From assembly GCA_947259365.1 (NCBI GenBank), contig CAMYMC010000026.1, positions 75,162 to 139,161 on the forward strand: a stretch of 64,000 bases of DNA, written 5' to 3'. Both the position numbers and the translations under genes were made by a program. The notes below the pieces were generated by a model, which was given only the letters and a program-made list of their open reading frames with translations, was not told the origin of the DNA and made no database searches. This DNA comes from an uncultured Acidimicrobiaceae bacterium (GTDB lineage Bacteria; Actinomycetota; Acidimicrobiia; Spongiisociales; UBA5794). Below are positions 48,912 through 57,234 of this stretch, piece by piece (positions within the stretch are counted from its first letter, which is position 1; every line of letters starts with the position of its first letter).

Positions 48912-50239
48912 CCATCGCCTGCGCCTCCTACACCCGCCGGGCCTTTCTCGGCCGCATCGGAGCCGCCGTCGCCGTCGCCGCGGCCGGCGGCTACGGCATC
49001 AGCGTCTGGGGCCGCGAGCCGGGCCACGCCGTCGCCGCCCCGTTCCCCGGCGAATTCGGCGCCCGACGAGACCGAACCCTCGTGGTCCTCGAGATGGGTG
49101 GCGGCAACGACGGGCTCAACATGGTCGTTCCGCACAGCTCGGGGCGCTACCACGACCTGCGCAGAGACCTTGCGGTCACAGACCCGATCGACCTCGACGG
49201 CGACATCGGGCTGCACCCGGCCCTGGGGTACGTGGCGTCGATGTACCGCGCCGGAGACGTCGCCGTCGTCGAAGGGGTGGGATACCCCGACCCGGACCTC
49301 TCCCATTTCGCCTCGATGGCCGCGTGGTGGTCGGCCGCAGCCGGAGGCGACCCGTCCGCCTCCGGCTGGCTGGGCCGCTACCTCGACGGGACGGTGGGGA
49401 CGGACGACCCGCTCGCCGGCGTCAGCATCGGACCCGGCCCGTCGCCGGCGATGCTCGGCGAGCGGTCGTTCGTGGTCGCAGTCCAGGACATGTCGGGGCT
49501 GGCGCCCGATGTCCCGGCATGGATCGACGACACCGACGAGCTGCTCGCCATGTGGAGGGGCTTCGCTCCGGCGGCGTTCGACGGCACCTCGCTCCTCGAC
49601 GAGGTGCGACGGGCGATCGCCGGCACCGTCGATGCCGCCGCCACGCTCAACTCAACCCTCGCTGCGGCTTCTGCGGAGGCGGCAACGCCGGCGGAGACGG
49701 ACCGCGACGCCGCGGACCGGCGCCGCCCGGACGCCCTCGGCACGGCGATGGAGGTGGCGGCGGCGCTCGTCACCTCGCCGGCGAGGCCGCGGGCGATCGT
49801 CGTCCACGGCTGGGGAGACTTCGACACCCACGAGAGCCAGCAGCGCCGCCACGGCGAGATGATGGAGACCCTCGACGCCGCCATCGAGACGTTCTTCTCC
49901 TCGGTCCGTCGCGGCGGCGCCGCCGGCGATGTCGTCGTGATGACGACATCGGAGTTCGGGAGAAGGGTCGCGTTCAACGGCTCCGGAACCGACCACGGCA
50001 CCGCCGCCGCCCACCTCGTCCTCGGCGACCCCGTCACCGGCGGCCGCTACGGGGAGCCGCCCGACCTCGACTCACTCGACAACCGCGGCAACCTCGTCCA
50101 CACCGTCGACTACCGCTCTCTGTACGCCAGCGTCCTCGATGGATGGCTGGACGCCCCTGCCGGGGAGATCCTCGGTGCCGACTACGAACGGCTCCCCATC
50201 TTCGCCCCGTCGCTGCGCCCGACCGGTCTTCGCGCCTGA
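48908..50239 (+). CDS. DUF1501 family protein, Tat-exported
   Basis: TRRAFLG Tat motif, GGNDGLN, SHF, FDTH, SEFGRR, GTDHG, VDYRSLY. Confidence 0.92.
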   Translation: MTIACASYTRRAFLGRIGAAVAVAAAGGYGISVWGREPGHAVAAPFPGEFGARRDRTLVVLEMGGGNDGLNMVVPHSSGRYHDLRRDLAVTDPIDLDGDIGLHPALGYVASMYRAGDVAVVEGVGYPDPDLSHFASMAAWWSAAAGGDPSASGWLGRYLDGTVGTDDPLAGVSIGPGPSPAMLGERSFVVAVQDMSGLAPDVPAWIDDTDELLAMWRGFAPAAFDGTSLLDEVRRAIAGTVDAAATLNSTLAAASAEAATPAETDRDAADRRRPDALGTAMEVAAALVTSPARPRAIVVHGWGDFDTHESQQRRHGEMMETLDAAIETFFSSVRRGGAAGDVVVMTTSEFGRRVAFNGSGTDHGTAAAHLVLGDPVTGGRYGEPPDLDSLDNRGNLVHTVDYRSLYASVLDGWLDAPAGEILGADYERLPIFAPSLRPTGLRA

Positions 50240-50275
50240 CCCGGGGACGCACTGCGGCGGCGGGACGCCGAGGGG

Positions 50276-51178
50276 TCAGCCGGCGCCGTAGACCTCGATC
50301 TCGACGGCACCGGTGTTGCCGCCGGTCGAGGTCTCGACGTCGAAGCGGATCGTGCGACCGGTGAACGCGACGTCGGCGACGGCGAGCCCGGGCCCCGCCT
50401 CGAACGGCCCGAACGTCTCGGCGCCGTCGACGGTGACCGTGAACGACGTCGTGATCGACGTCCCGTCGCTCATCTCCCGGGTCCGGAACCCGACCCCGGT
50501 CACGTCGGTCTCGGCGCCGAGGTCGATCGTGACGTATGCGTCGTCGCCGTCGCCTCGCGACGACCACTCCGAGGCGAGGCTCCCGTCGACGGCGTTGGCT
50601 GCCGCGAACGACGCCGAGAACTCTGAGCTGACGTCGACGATCGCGGCGCCGATGGCGAGATTGGCTCTCGCGGGCGCCGCCGCGCCCCCGGCAGCCGGAG
50701 TCCGGAACGTCATCTGCTCGCTGACGTAGATCGCCCCATCCGGCCCGACCCCCTGGAGTCGGTAGAAGTACGTCGTGTCGGGCTCCAGCCCGAGCATCGT
50801 CGGGTGGTGGTCGATGTGGCCGCCCCCGGCCATGTCGGTGTCGGTCGCGAGGAAGCCGTAGTCGCCTGTTGGGCCGTATGCGACGGCGCACACGACGTCG
50901 ATCGACGTCGTCACCTCGAGCAGTCCGCTCGACGGGTCGGCGTCGTCGAAAGTGATGACGACGTCGCTCGCCTGGATATCGGCGAAGTCGCGCACGTCCC
51001 CCGACGCCGCCGCCGCACCCATCCCGTCGCCCGTGCCCGAGTCGGCGTCATCGTCGCCGCCGAGCAGCGCGATCCCGGCGATGACGGGCACCAGGACGAC
51101 GATGGCCGCCGCAGCGAGCAACAGCACGAGCTTCGGCCTGGAGCCCCCCGGGGAGGCGCCTGAGGGCTCAGCCGTCAC
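50276..51178 (-). CDS. membrane-anchored FN3-like + discoidin (F5/8 type C) protein
   Basis: N-terminal TM helix; VAYG...GLEPDTTYFYR FN3-like segment containing DMAGGGHIDHH; NAVDG...WSS...IDLG...EIEVY discoidin pattern. Confidence 0.75.
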   Translation of the reverse strand: MTAEPSGASPGGSRPKLVLLLAAAAIVVLVPVIAGIALLGGDDDADSGTGDGMGAAAASGDVRDFADIQASDVVITFDDADPSSGLLEVTTSIDVVCAVAYGPTGDYGFLATDTDMAGGGHIDHHPTMLGLEPDTTYFYRLQGVGPDGAIYVSEQMTFRTPAAGGAAAPARANLAIGAAIVDVSSEFSASFAAANAVDGSLASEWSSRGDGDDAYVTIDLGAETDVTGVGFRTREMSDGTSITTSFTVTVDGAETFGPFEAGPGLAVADVAFTGRTIRFDVETSTGGNTGAVEIEVYGAG

Positions 51179-51183
51179 GTCGC

Positions 51184-51801
51184 TCAGGCTTCCCGCCAGA
51201 GGTGGGCGACGACCTCTTCGAGCACCCTGGGGATGATCGACGTGTCGTTGGCCGTCTTCGAGATGAGCAAGAGCCCCTGGAGACAGCTCAGCAGACCCCA
51301 CGCGGTGGCATCGACGTCGATGCCGTCCCGCAGCGCCCCGGAGGCCTGGGCATCCGAGAGCGCGTCGCGGAGATACGCCGTCCAGTCCTCGAAGACGCGG
51401 AGCAGCCGGGCTCGCAGCGGCTCCTCGAGGGTGCTCGCCTCGGCGGCGAGGCTGCCGAAGGGGCATCCGCGGACGTGGCCGGTCTGGCGCTTGATCTCGG
51501 TGTGGCTGGCGAAGGCAAACTCGAAGAGGGCGGCGATCCGCTCGTTCGGTGGCGCCCCGCCGCCGAAGATAGGGTCGAGCACGTCGCGGGTGAACGACTC
51601 CCAGTTCTCCTCGAGCACGGCGAGGATGAGGGCCTGTTTCGACGGGAAGAAGTGGTAGAAGCTGCCTTTCTTGACGCCGGCCCGGTCGCAGATCGCCTGG
51701 ACGCCGACCGCCCGGTAGCTGTACGCATGGACAAGGTCGGCGGCAGCCGTCAGCAGCCGGTCGCGGGGACCGCGGTCGGTGTCCGTCTGCTCGATGACCA
51801 T
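51184..51801 (-). CDS. TetR-family regulator, NemR-like
   Basis: ICDRAGVKKGSFYHFFPSK HTH; GCPFG motif in the C-terminal domain; AGGAGG RBS. Confidence 0.92.
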   Translation of the reverse strand: MVIEQTDTDRGPRDRLLTAAADLVHAYSYRAVGVQAICDRAGVKKGSFYHFFPSKQALILAVLEENWESFTRDVLDPIFGGGAPPNERIAALFEFAFASHTEIKRQTGHVRGCPFGSLAAEASTLEEPLRARLLRVFEDWTAYLRDALSDAQASGALRDGIDVDATAWGLLSCLQGLLLISKTANDTSIIPRVLEEVVAHLWREA

Positions 51802-51811
51802 GCCGATCCTC

Positions 51812-53188
51812 CTATGCCCAGAGTCGGAACAAGTAGCCGGTCAGAATGTGGAACTTGTACGTGATCATAAGGGCTCCGAGCCCGATCATCACCGCGGCGC
51901 TCACCGCACCGATGTACGGCCTCGCTTTCTCGAGCCAGGTCATGAGCGGCGCCGCCTCGGCGACGAGCCACGCCGCGACGAGAAACACGAGTCCGACGGC
52001 CGCGCTGAACACCGCCATGACGAGGCCCCCGGTCAGTGGAGAACCCGTCGCCCCGGCGTACAGCAGCAGCGCGGAGAGCACCGTCGCGCTGAAACACGAC
52101 AGGCACCCGAACGCGAACGTCGACCCCATCAGCGCCGAGCCGGCCCAACCGGTCGACGCCGGCCGGCTGAACCCCGGGAGCTTGCAGGCGATCGGCACCC
52201 GGGCCTGACTCGCCACCCGGATCCCGAGGAGGACGACGGCAATGCCGGCGACTACCGATGCCGGCCGGGACCAGCGGCCGACCCCGTCCAGCCTCGAGAC
52301 CGAATCGCCGACAAAGCCCGCAGCGACGCCTCCCGCCGTGTAGATCACTGTGAAGCCGGCGACGAAGAAGAGCCCGGTCGTGAGCAAGCGGCGCGATGCC
52401 GCCACCCGGTTGCCCCCGGCCGCCGAGCCGCTGAGGACCGCGGTGTAGTAGGTGGCGAGCAGGAGGAGACACGGCGAAAGCGCCGTCAGCATGCCGCCGA
52501 AGATGGCGAGAAGGGCACCGATGCTCAGCGCGGCGCCCGCCAGGGGCGGGCCGGTCGTCGTGTCGGTGTTCAGAATCCCGATCCCGTTCGCCATCGGGAG
52601 TTCCCATCCGAACTCACTCGAAGCGCCGTCGCCGACCGGAACGACGAGATCGAAGCGGTCCGCCGCTGCCGCAGCGTCGGGGTCGGCGATCGGGAAGAGG
52701 AGCTGTGACGCCCGGTGATGGGGCGCCCGGCTCACCTCGAAGACGGCCGTCGGCTCGATGGAGCTTCCCCCCGCCCGCAGCGTCACGTCGGGCGGAGCTG
52801 CCGGGACGTCTCCCTCGTGGACGGTCTCGAACATGAAGAACGCCATGACCGGCTCACCCCCGGCCTCCGGCTCGGGGCGGGCGGCCCACTCGAAGTACCA
52901 CGAAGGGGCGTAGAGGAGCTCGAGCTCGACATCCGCCGGGCCGGCGCCGCGACGGACGAGGATGTCGACGACCTCCGCCTGGGTGAGCGTCGCCGCACCC
53001 GGCTCGGGCTCACCACCGCCGCGCGCCAGAAGCAGCCCCAGCGCAAGGGCCCCGACGACGACGAGCGCAACGACGAAGACCGTGAAGCGCCGCCGGGCCC
53101 GCGGTGCGGGCTCGGGAGCCGCGATCGCGGCGTCGGCGAGGGCGAGATCCTGGATCTCGGGGGCCGGTCGTTCGAGCTGGGTCGTCAT
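51812..53188 (-). CDS. CcdA/DsbD-type thiol-disulfide transporter with an extra N-terminal extracytoplasmic domain
   Basis: LSPCLL and FGCLSCF in a 6-TM C-terminal domain; N-terminal TM plus a soluble domain with ETVH and PHH. Confidence 0.82.
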   Translation of the reverse strand: MTTQLERPAPEIQDLALADAAIAAPEPAPRARRRFTVFVVALVVVGALALGLLLARGGGEPEPGAATLTQAEVVDILVRRGAGPADVELELLYAPSWYFEWAARPEPEAGGEPVMAFFMFETVHEGDVPAAPPDVTLRAGGSSIEPTAVFEVSRAPHHRASQLLFPIADPDAAAAADRFDLVVPVGDGASSEFGWELPMANGIGILNTDTTTGPPLAGAALSIGALLAIFGGMLTALSPCLLLLATYYTAVLSGSAAGGNRVAASRRLLTTGLFFVAGFTVIYTAGGVAAGFVGDSVSRLDGVGRWSRPASVVAGIAVVLLGIRVASQARVPIACKLPGFSRPASTGWAGSALMGSTFAFGCLSCFSATVLSALLLYAGATGSPLTGGLVMAVFSAAVGLVFLVAAWLVAEAAPLMTWLEKARPYIGAVSAAVMIGLGALMITYKFHILTGYLFRLWA

Positions 53189-53201
53189 GGCGGGTCCTCA
53201 C

Positions 53202-54212
53202 TCACTGCGGGATGACCAGGGACAGATGACTGATGTTGTGGATGTACAGGAGCACGGTGATGTCGACGGCGAGGAACACCGAGGTCGCGAGACCGGCGGC
53301 GGCGGGCGCCCGCACCGCGGACGTCGCCACCACGCCGTCCGCACCGACGCCGCGCAGCGCTCGGCGCAGTCGCACCGTGACGGCGACCATCACCGGCCAG
53401 GCCAGCGCCATCGCCACGAACGCCGCGAAGTACTGGCCGCCGAAGGGAATCGACAGCAGCGTGTCGAGGTCGAAGATGCCGGGATCCCGGATCGGCGTCC
53501 CGTAGATGGAGGCGTGGACGCCGGAGGCGAGGATCACAGCGAGGCTCGTCGCAGCGACCGTCGTGAAGTACGGGCGCACCCTCGCCAGCAGCCGACCGCC
53601 GGCGTCCGGGCGCTGGAGCCAACCTCCCACCGCAACTACCGCGACGAGCGCGACCCACGCCGCGCCGGCGAGGGCGTGGGCAACCCGGACGACGATGTTC
53701 GCCACGTCCCCGCCGTCGAAGCGGAACAGGACCGCCAGGGTCTCTGAGGAGGGGCTGCGGGGCTCGTCGCTGGCAGAGGCGCCGACACCCGGCACGACCG
53801 CGTCGACGAAGGTGGCCTCACCCTCGCCGGGGGCGCGCACCCGCACGGTGACCTCGTACGTCCCGAAGCGCTCGTACGTGACCTCGGCGGCGTAGCGGCC
53901 CGGCTGCTCCAGCGGTGCGAGGACGAACGGCCCGGCCGAGGTTCCGTCTTCGGCGCGGACGGCCGTCATGTCGATCTCTCCGTCCTCGACGGGATCTCCG
54001 TCACCCTCGAAGGTCACGACTGCGTGGTAGAGACGGGTCAGGGGCTGGCCGGCGTCGAAGGTGAGTGAGCTGATCTCGACCCTGACCTCCTTGCCGTGGG
54101 CCGCGGCGGGGTCGGCGCCGAGCACGACGGTGGCGGCGAGCGGGAGCGTGAGGGCGACCGGGGAGAGGATCCACATCCTGGTGGCCTTCCGGTGCCCGGC
54201 GGTGCGCCTCAT
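53202..54212 (-). CDS. exported Ig-like (YtkA/FixH-like) domain fused to a CopD-like membrane domain
   Basis: Signal peptide ending AAA-HG; GDPVEDG...PGRY...GTYEVTV Ig-like pattern; four TM segments with RVAH...GAAW and a terminal HNISH. Confidence 0.6.
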   Translation of the reverse strand: MRRTAGHRKATRMWILSPVALTLPLAATVVLGADPAAAHGKEVRVEISSLTFDAGQPLTRLYHAVVTFEGDGDPVEDGEIDMTAVRAEDGTSAGPFVLAPLEQPGRYAAEVTYERFGTYEVTVRVRAPGEGEATFVDAVVPGVGASASDEPRSPSSETLAVLFRFDGGDVANIVVRVAHALAGAAWVALVAVVAVGGWLQRPDAGGRLLARVRPYFTTVAATSLAVILASGVHASIYGTPIRDPGIFDLDTLLSIPFGGQYFAAFVAMALAWPVMVAVTVRLRRALRGVGADGVVATSAVRAPAAAGLATSVFLAVDITVLLYIHNISHLSLVIPQ

Positions 54213-54228
54213 CGCGATCGTCTCCCGG

Positions 54229-54882
54229 TCATGCCGGCCACACGTAGATCGCGATCGTCACGTTCTCCGAGGTGCCCGTCGAGGGCGCAGTGACCGTGGT
54301 GTCGAGCTCCCAGGGCCCGAACATGAACATCTCGAGCGGGGCGAGATAGTGGCCGCCGCCGATGTTCTCGGGGGCAGCGAAGAATGGTCCGTGGGTCATG
54401 AAGAGCATGTCCCACACGATGGAGATGTCTGCGTCGTCGACCGGTTCGCCGTCGATCGTCGTCACGTAGAAGTCGACGTCGGTGGCGAACTCGGTCGGCG
54501 GGTATGGAGAGACGAAGACCTCGAGAACGAGAGCGTCACCGAGCGGTATCGCAGCGCCGTTGCCGATCTCGACCGGGCCGTCGGCACCTAGGTACTTGAG
54601 CCGTGACGGCTCCGCGCCAGCTGGCGGTGCCGGGCGGACGAGGTCCGACACCGACACGATGACCTGGTCGGCAACGAGAGGCGTTGCCGCGTCGTCGGCC
54701 ACGGCTGCGGTGGCCGCCGACCGGATCGCCGGCACCGAGTCGCTGCGGAGCATGGCGACGCCGATCGCGGAGGGAACGACGACGAGCGCGAGCGCGGCCG
54801 CCACGGGCTTCCACACCCGGCGCCGCGGCGCCGCCTCCCCTGCCGGGACGTCACCGTCGACGGTGTCGTCGAATCGGGTCAT
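54229..54882 (-). CDS. membrane-anchored YtkA/FixH-like protein
   Basis: GEPVDDADI...DMLFMTHG...GHY...MFGPWEL YtkA-type motif after one TM helix; alternative start at 54897. Confidence 0.75.
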   Translation of the reverse strand: MTRFDDTVDGDVPAGEAAPRRRVWKPVAAALALVVVPSAIGVAMLRSDSVPAIRSAATAAVADDAATPLVADQVIVSVSDLVRPAPPAGAEPSRLKYLGADGPVEIGNGAAIPLGDALVLEVFVSPYPPTEFATDVDFYVTTIDGEPVDDADISIVWDMLFMTHGPFFAAPENIGGGHYLAPLEMFMFGPWELDTTVTAPSTGTSENVTIAIYVWPA

Positions 54883-54901
54883 CGGCCCCCTCTCCATCGG
54901 T

Positions 54902-55408
54902 CTATCCGTCCATCCCGGCGTCGAATTCCGCCTGGAGGACGGCGAGGTAGGCGGCAACGGCCTCGATCTCGGCGTCGGAGAGGACGATGAAGGTCATCGC
55001 CTCGTTCGTTTCGAGCTGGATCTTGATGGTTGCGGCGTCCTTGCCGATGACGGCCGGCCCGACGTCGCCGAGACCGTCCGTGCCGTGGCAGGCCTGGCAC
55101 CCGATCCCGCCGGCGGTTCGCTGGTACAGCTCTTCGCCGAGCGCGACGACGTCGGCGGCGCCTGTGCTGGTGGGAGCCGGGTCTGGCCCTGCCGTGGTGG
55201 TCGTCGTCGCTGCCGCCGTCGTCGGTGCAGCGGTCGAGGCCGCCACCGTGGTCGGCGCCGCGGCGAGCGTTGTCGCTGATGTCGCAGGCTCTTCCTCGGC
55301 GGCGGAGCCGCCACATGATGCGGCGGCGACGCCGATGACCACAGCGAGCACGATCAGCCGCAGTCGTCCGGAGAGCGCCGGTCGGTCCGTTCGTCGGGTT
55401 CGGATCAT
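54902..55408 (-). CDS. monoheme c-type cytochrome lipoprotein
   Basis: Lipobox AASC, Ala/Thr linker, GEELY...CQACHG, distal Met, LSDAEIEAVAAYL; GGAAGGA RBS. Confidence 0.9.
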   Translation of the reverse strand: MIRTRRTDRPALSGRLRLIVLAVVIGVAAASCGGSAAEEEPATSATTLAAAPTTVAASTAAPTTAAATTTTTAGPDPAPTSTGAADVVALGEELYQRTAGGIGCQACHGTDGLGDVGPAVIGKDAATIKIQLETNEAMTFIVLSDAEIEAVAAYLAVLQAEFDAGMDG

Positions 55409-55477
55409 GTCGGTCCTTCCGGGGGGTCCCGGTCCGGAGGGGGGTGACCGGACCGGGACCTTCCCCTGTTTCTCTGC

Positions 55478-57022
55478 CTAGCCGGCCGCCATGAGCTGGA
55501 GCTTCAACTCGAGCGCCGAGCCCTGGAGCCCGTTCTGGTCGGCCAGCACCTCTCCGACGAAGTCGGGGGTGTACTGGACGAAGGCGCCGTTGTGCGTGCT
55601 CCCGCCGTTCGGGGTCGGCACGGACTCCTTGATCGAGAGTGTCTCGAAGTCCCAGATCACCGTCTCGAAGCTTGCATTGCACGAGATCCACATCTCGTTC
55701 ATCGCGGGGTCCGGATGGACGATGGCGTGGTCGCCGCGCACGCAATCGGTGTAGAACGAGCCCTTCGACCCGGGAGCCCAGGCCCTGGGCGGCATCGTCA
55801 TGATGTTGGGGTCGATGAGCCCCATCGTGTTGCCGCGATTGTGGGCGCCCTCGCCCTTTCCGATCGCCCAGAGCTGGGTCTCGTCCCAGTTGAGCGTCAG
55901 GCCGTAGGGTCCGAGGGTTCCGGCGCTCGTCGAGCCGACGATGTCCCACGCTCGCGGGTTCTCTTCGGAGATGTCGATCTTGACGACCGTGCTCTCGTGG
56001 CCACCGCTCACGTACGCCGTGTTGCCGTCGGCGCTGTACGCCACGTAGATCGGTGAGCTGTCGTGCGTCTCGATCGAGGCCACCGATCGCCAGGACTCGG
56101 TGTCCACCACGGCGACGCCGCCTTCGCTCCGGAAGGGAGTCCGCACACTGATCATCAGGTATTTGCCGCTCGGATGAGCGAAGCCCAGGTAGCCGTTGCC
56201 CTTGAGCCCGTCGGGCCCGATACCGCCGACGACCTTGTTGTCGTCGTTCGGATCGAGCACATAGAACGTCGAGTCGCTGAAGTTCTCAACGAGCGTGAGG
56301 GGACGGCCGCTGGCGTCGACGAAGCTCTTGATGTGGTGCGGGTTCCCCAGGGTGGAGAGCACCTTGTCGAGCTTGAACGTCTTCGCGTTGATGATGAGCA
56401 GACGCCCACCACCGAGCGGTGACCCCCATGCCGCCGCGGTGCCCGTCGGCACGTAGATCCACTCCCCGCCGGGAGAGACGCCGAGACCGTGCGGCTCAAA
56501 GACCTCCTCCTGCTGGATGTCGTAGTGGACGGCCGCCACCGTCTCGCGCGTGTTGGCGTCGATCATCATGAACCCGGGCATCGTGACGTTGCCCGACAGG
56601 AGCCCGCTGTAGCCGGGCCCTTCCGATGCCACGTACACGAGCGGGTGAGCCGCCGGATCCCACGCAGCGTCGCCGTCGGAGTCGAACGACGCCAGCAGCG
56701 AGATCCCGAACTTCCTGGAGAAGTCGGTGTCCCAGGACGGGTCGACCGATGCCGTCGGCGCCCCGGATGTCAGCGCCTCGTCCTTGAGGGCCTCGAAGTC
56801 GCGAACGTCGACGGCCTGGACGATCACGTTCGGCACCTCGGCCGGCTCGGGAGCCGCCGCGGCCGCCGTCGTCGCCGGCGCCTGGGTCCCCGTGTTGACG
56901 ACCTCGGTGCCCGAGATCCCTCCCGAGTCGTCCGAGCTGTCGCAGGAGGCGGCGATCAACGCCATCACGCCGAGCAAGACCGCGAAAGAACGAAGCCTCC
57001 TGCTCCTTGGTGTTGTTCTCAT
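55478..57022 (-). CDS. His-rich YncE/lactonase-like beta-propeller lipoprotein of unknown function
   Basis: Lipobox AASC; blade repeats (PHGLGVSPGGEWIYV, PIYVAYSADGNTAYVS, PYGLTLNWDETQLW); GGAAGGAG RBS. Confidence 0.8.
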   Translation of the reverse strand: MRTTPRSRRLRSFAVLLGVMALIAASCDSSDDSGGISGTEVVNTGTQAPATTAAAAAPEPAEVPNVIVQAVDVRDFEALKDEALTSGAPTASVDPSWDTDFSRKFGISLLASFDSDGDAAWDPAAHPLVYVASEGPGYSGLLSGNVTMPGFMMIDANTRETVAAVHYDIQQEEVFEPHGLGVSPGGEWIYVPTGTAAAWGSPLGGGRLLIINAKTFKLDKVLSTLGNPHHIKSFVDASGRPLTLVENFSDSTFYVLDPNDDNKVVGGIGPDGLKGNGYLGFAHPSGKYLMISVRTPFRSEGGVAVVDTESWRSVASIETHDSSPIYVAYSADGNTAYVSGGHESTVVKIDISEENPRAWDIVGSTSAGTLGPYGLTLNWDETQLWAIGKGEGAHNRGNTMGLIDPNIMTMPPRAWAPGSKGSFYTDCVRGDHAIVHPDPAMNEMWISCNASFETVIWDFETLSIKESVPTPNGGSTHNGAFVQYTPDFVGEVLADQNGLQGSALELKLQLMAAG

Positions 57023-57039
57023 ATGGCTCCTTCCAAAGA

Positions 57040-57068
57040 GAATGGCGAGGGCATCGCCCTCGCCATTC
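57040..57068 (-). promoter_or_regulatory. 13-bp perfect hairpin in the 5' leader directly before the RBS
   Basis: GAATGGCGAGGGC-gat-GCCCTCGCCATTC followed by TCTTT and then GGAAGGAG on the minus strand. Confidence 0.6.
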
Positions 57069-57216
57069 CGTCGGTGTTGAGGAGACTGGATGCTTCCCAA
57101 TCCACCTCCCGTACTCTCCGGCTGCGATCAGTCGGCTCACAATGCCGCCGCCTCTCCGGGCGTCCGACGCCGGGCGACCGCAGCACAGCCCCGTCGTCCA
57201 AGAGTCCTCCCACGTC

Positions 57217-57234
57217 TTGTGAAGATTTTCACAA
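57217..57234. promoter_or_regulatory. Rex operator (NADH/NAD+ sensing repressor site)
   Basis: TTGTGAAGATTTTCACAA is a perfect match to TTGTGAA-N4-TTCACAA; an extra half-site TTGTGAA follows at 57238. Confidence 0.75.

Noticed and set aside
55478..57022. Calling the propeller nosZ or nirS
   Set aside because: No CuA domain, no heme c motif, and no nosDFYL or heme d1 biosynthesis genes nearby
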